NCBI GenBank assembly: GCA_051362555.1
Contig: CM120649.1
Span: forward strand, 10,168,001 to 10,232,000
Length of the DNA stretch: 64,000 nt
Source: Lingula anatina
Lineage: Eukaryota > Animalia > Brachiopoda
Direction: 5' to 3'
Position numbers and translations under genes: made by a program. Under the pieces are notes generated by a model. That model was not told the DNA's origin. It saw only the letters and a program-made list of their open reading frames with translations, and made no database searches. Shown here in pieces: positions 62,461 through 64,000 of the stretch; within the stretch, counting starts at the first letter, position 1; every line of letters starts with the position of its first letter.

Positions 62461-64000
62461 TAAAAATCTGTGATAAGCTGATTAGTTGACTGTGTCCAAT
62501 GAAAAGTATTTTCTTCGGACGATATATTAGAGAAAACTCAAAATTACACTGAAAATAAGTTGGCAAATTTCATGACTTAAAATAGTTAAATGTTAATAAT
62601 TTTGTCAAATCTCATCCAATGTTTATAAAATCTGTACAAATGATGCTTAACAACAATAAAAGTCTGTGGAAAGCTGATCAGTTGTCAGTGTCAAATGAAA
62701 AGTATTCTTTGGGGCAATATATTTCGGAAAACAGAAAACTACCACAAAAACACTGGCAAATTCCATGGCTCAAAATAGTTAAATGTTAATAATTTTGTCA
62801 AATATTGTCCAATACTTCTGAAATTTGCACAAAAGAAGCTTAACAACAATAAAAATCTGTGATAAGCTAATCAGTTGACTGTGTTTTTTTAAGTGCCAAG
62901 TTTATTGGAAATTGATAATCAGAAGTGTGAGAATTGACCAAAACAAATATTTCAATATTGCAATGTATTATTTGCTATCAAAGAAAACAGCAAATGTGAT
63001 GATTTGAGTTTGTTTGTGTAGGAGGTTGCAAGTTACCTATAGCTGTCATCTGGAAAACAATATATATCCATACAAGACTCCTCCTTACTATTAATGTCAG
63101 ATGCAGATTACTCCTCACAATGAGTTTCTGGAATGGATTGTTGTTAGCACAATATTTGACAATATCCTAAATCTTGCCATATGTCATGTATTGTACACAT
63201 GAATAAGACCTAGTTCTGCTCTTGCTGCTGTCTTTCACTGCCTGCTTTTTCATGGTAAGGGTACTCTGGAAAGAAAGAACAATAAACTTCAGAAAACTGA
63301 AAATTACATTGAAAAAACTGGCAAAACCCATGACTTAAAATAGTTAAACGTTAATAGTTTTGTCAAATCTTGTCCAATATTTCTGATATTTTAACAAATG
63401 ATGCTTGACATCAATGAAAATCTGTGATAATCTGATCAGTTGGCTGCGTGTTTAATGAAAAGTATTTTCTATGGACGATATATTTGAGAAAAATGAAAAT
63501 TAAACTGAAAACACTGGCAAATTCCATGACTTAAAATAGTTAAATGTTAATAATTTTGACAAATCTTGTCAAAATAGTTCAGAACAATAGTTCTGAAATA
63601 ATTTTGTCAAATATTGTCCAATACTTCTGAAATTTGCACAAAAGATGCTAAACAACAATAAAAACCTGTGATAAGCTAATCAGTTGACTGTGTTTTTTTA
63701 AGTGCCAAGTTTATAGGAAATTGATAATCAGAAGTGTGAGAATTGACCAAAACAAATATTTCAATATTGCAATGTATTATTTGCTATCAAAGAAAACAGC
63801 AAATGTGATGATTTGAGTTTGTTTGTGTAGGAGGTTGCAAGTTAACTATAGCTGCAATCTGGAAAACAATATATACCCATACAAGACTCCTCCTTACTAT
63901 CAATGTCAGATGAAGATTACTCCTCACAATGGGTTTCTGGCATAGGCTGTTGTTAGCACAATATTTGACAATGTTCTAAATCTTGCCACATGTCATGTAT
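62461..64000 (+). repeat. Satellite array (runs off window)
   Basis: Monomers and two spacers. Confidence 0.95.

Overview
AT-rich, intron-containing animal (probably marine invertebrate; inferred, not proven) DNA dominated by a ~193-196 bp satellite with a higher-order spacer. The satellite is interrupted by two islands (about 1146-30886 and 42944-51836) whose first ~9-11.5 kb are paralogous. Each paralog carries, head-to-head, a decayed Ginger-like transposon frame (Ulp1-type protease + PHD finger, - strand) and an apparently intact 9-coding-exon gene that the ORF track misses: a CBM20 (starch/glycogen-binding) domain, a linker made of five 48-63 nt phase-1 micro-exons, and a basic amphipathic Cys-containing tail (~243 aa). 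Other content: Helentron-type non-autonomous elements (two families, some concatemeric), several MITEs with target-site duplications, a 5'-truncated RTE-X-like LINE inserted in a Penelope-like remnant that carries a hammerhead ribozyme motif, a tRNA-Gly pseudogene and further decayed coding remnants. All calls come from manual reading; no database searches were run and boundaries may be off by a few bases.
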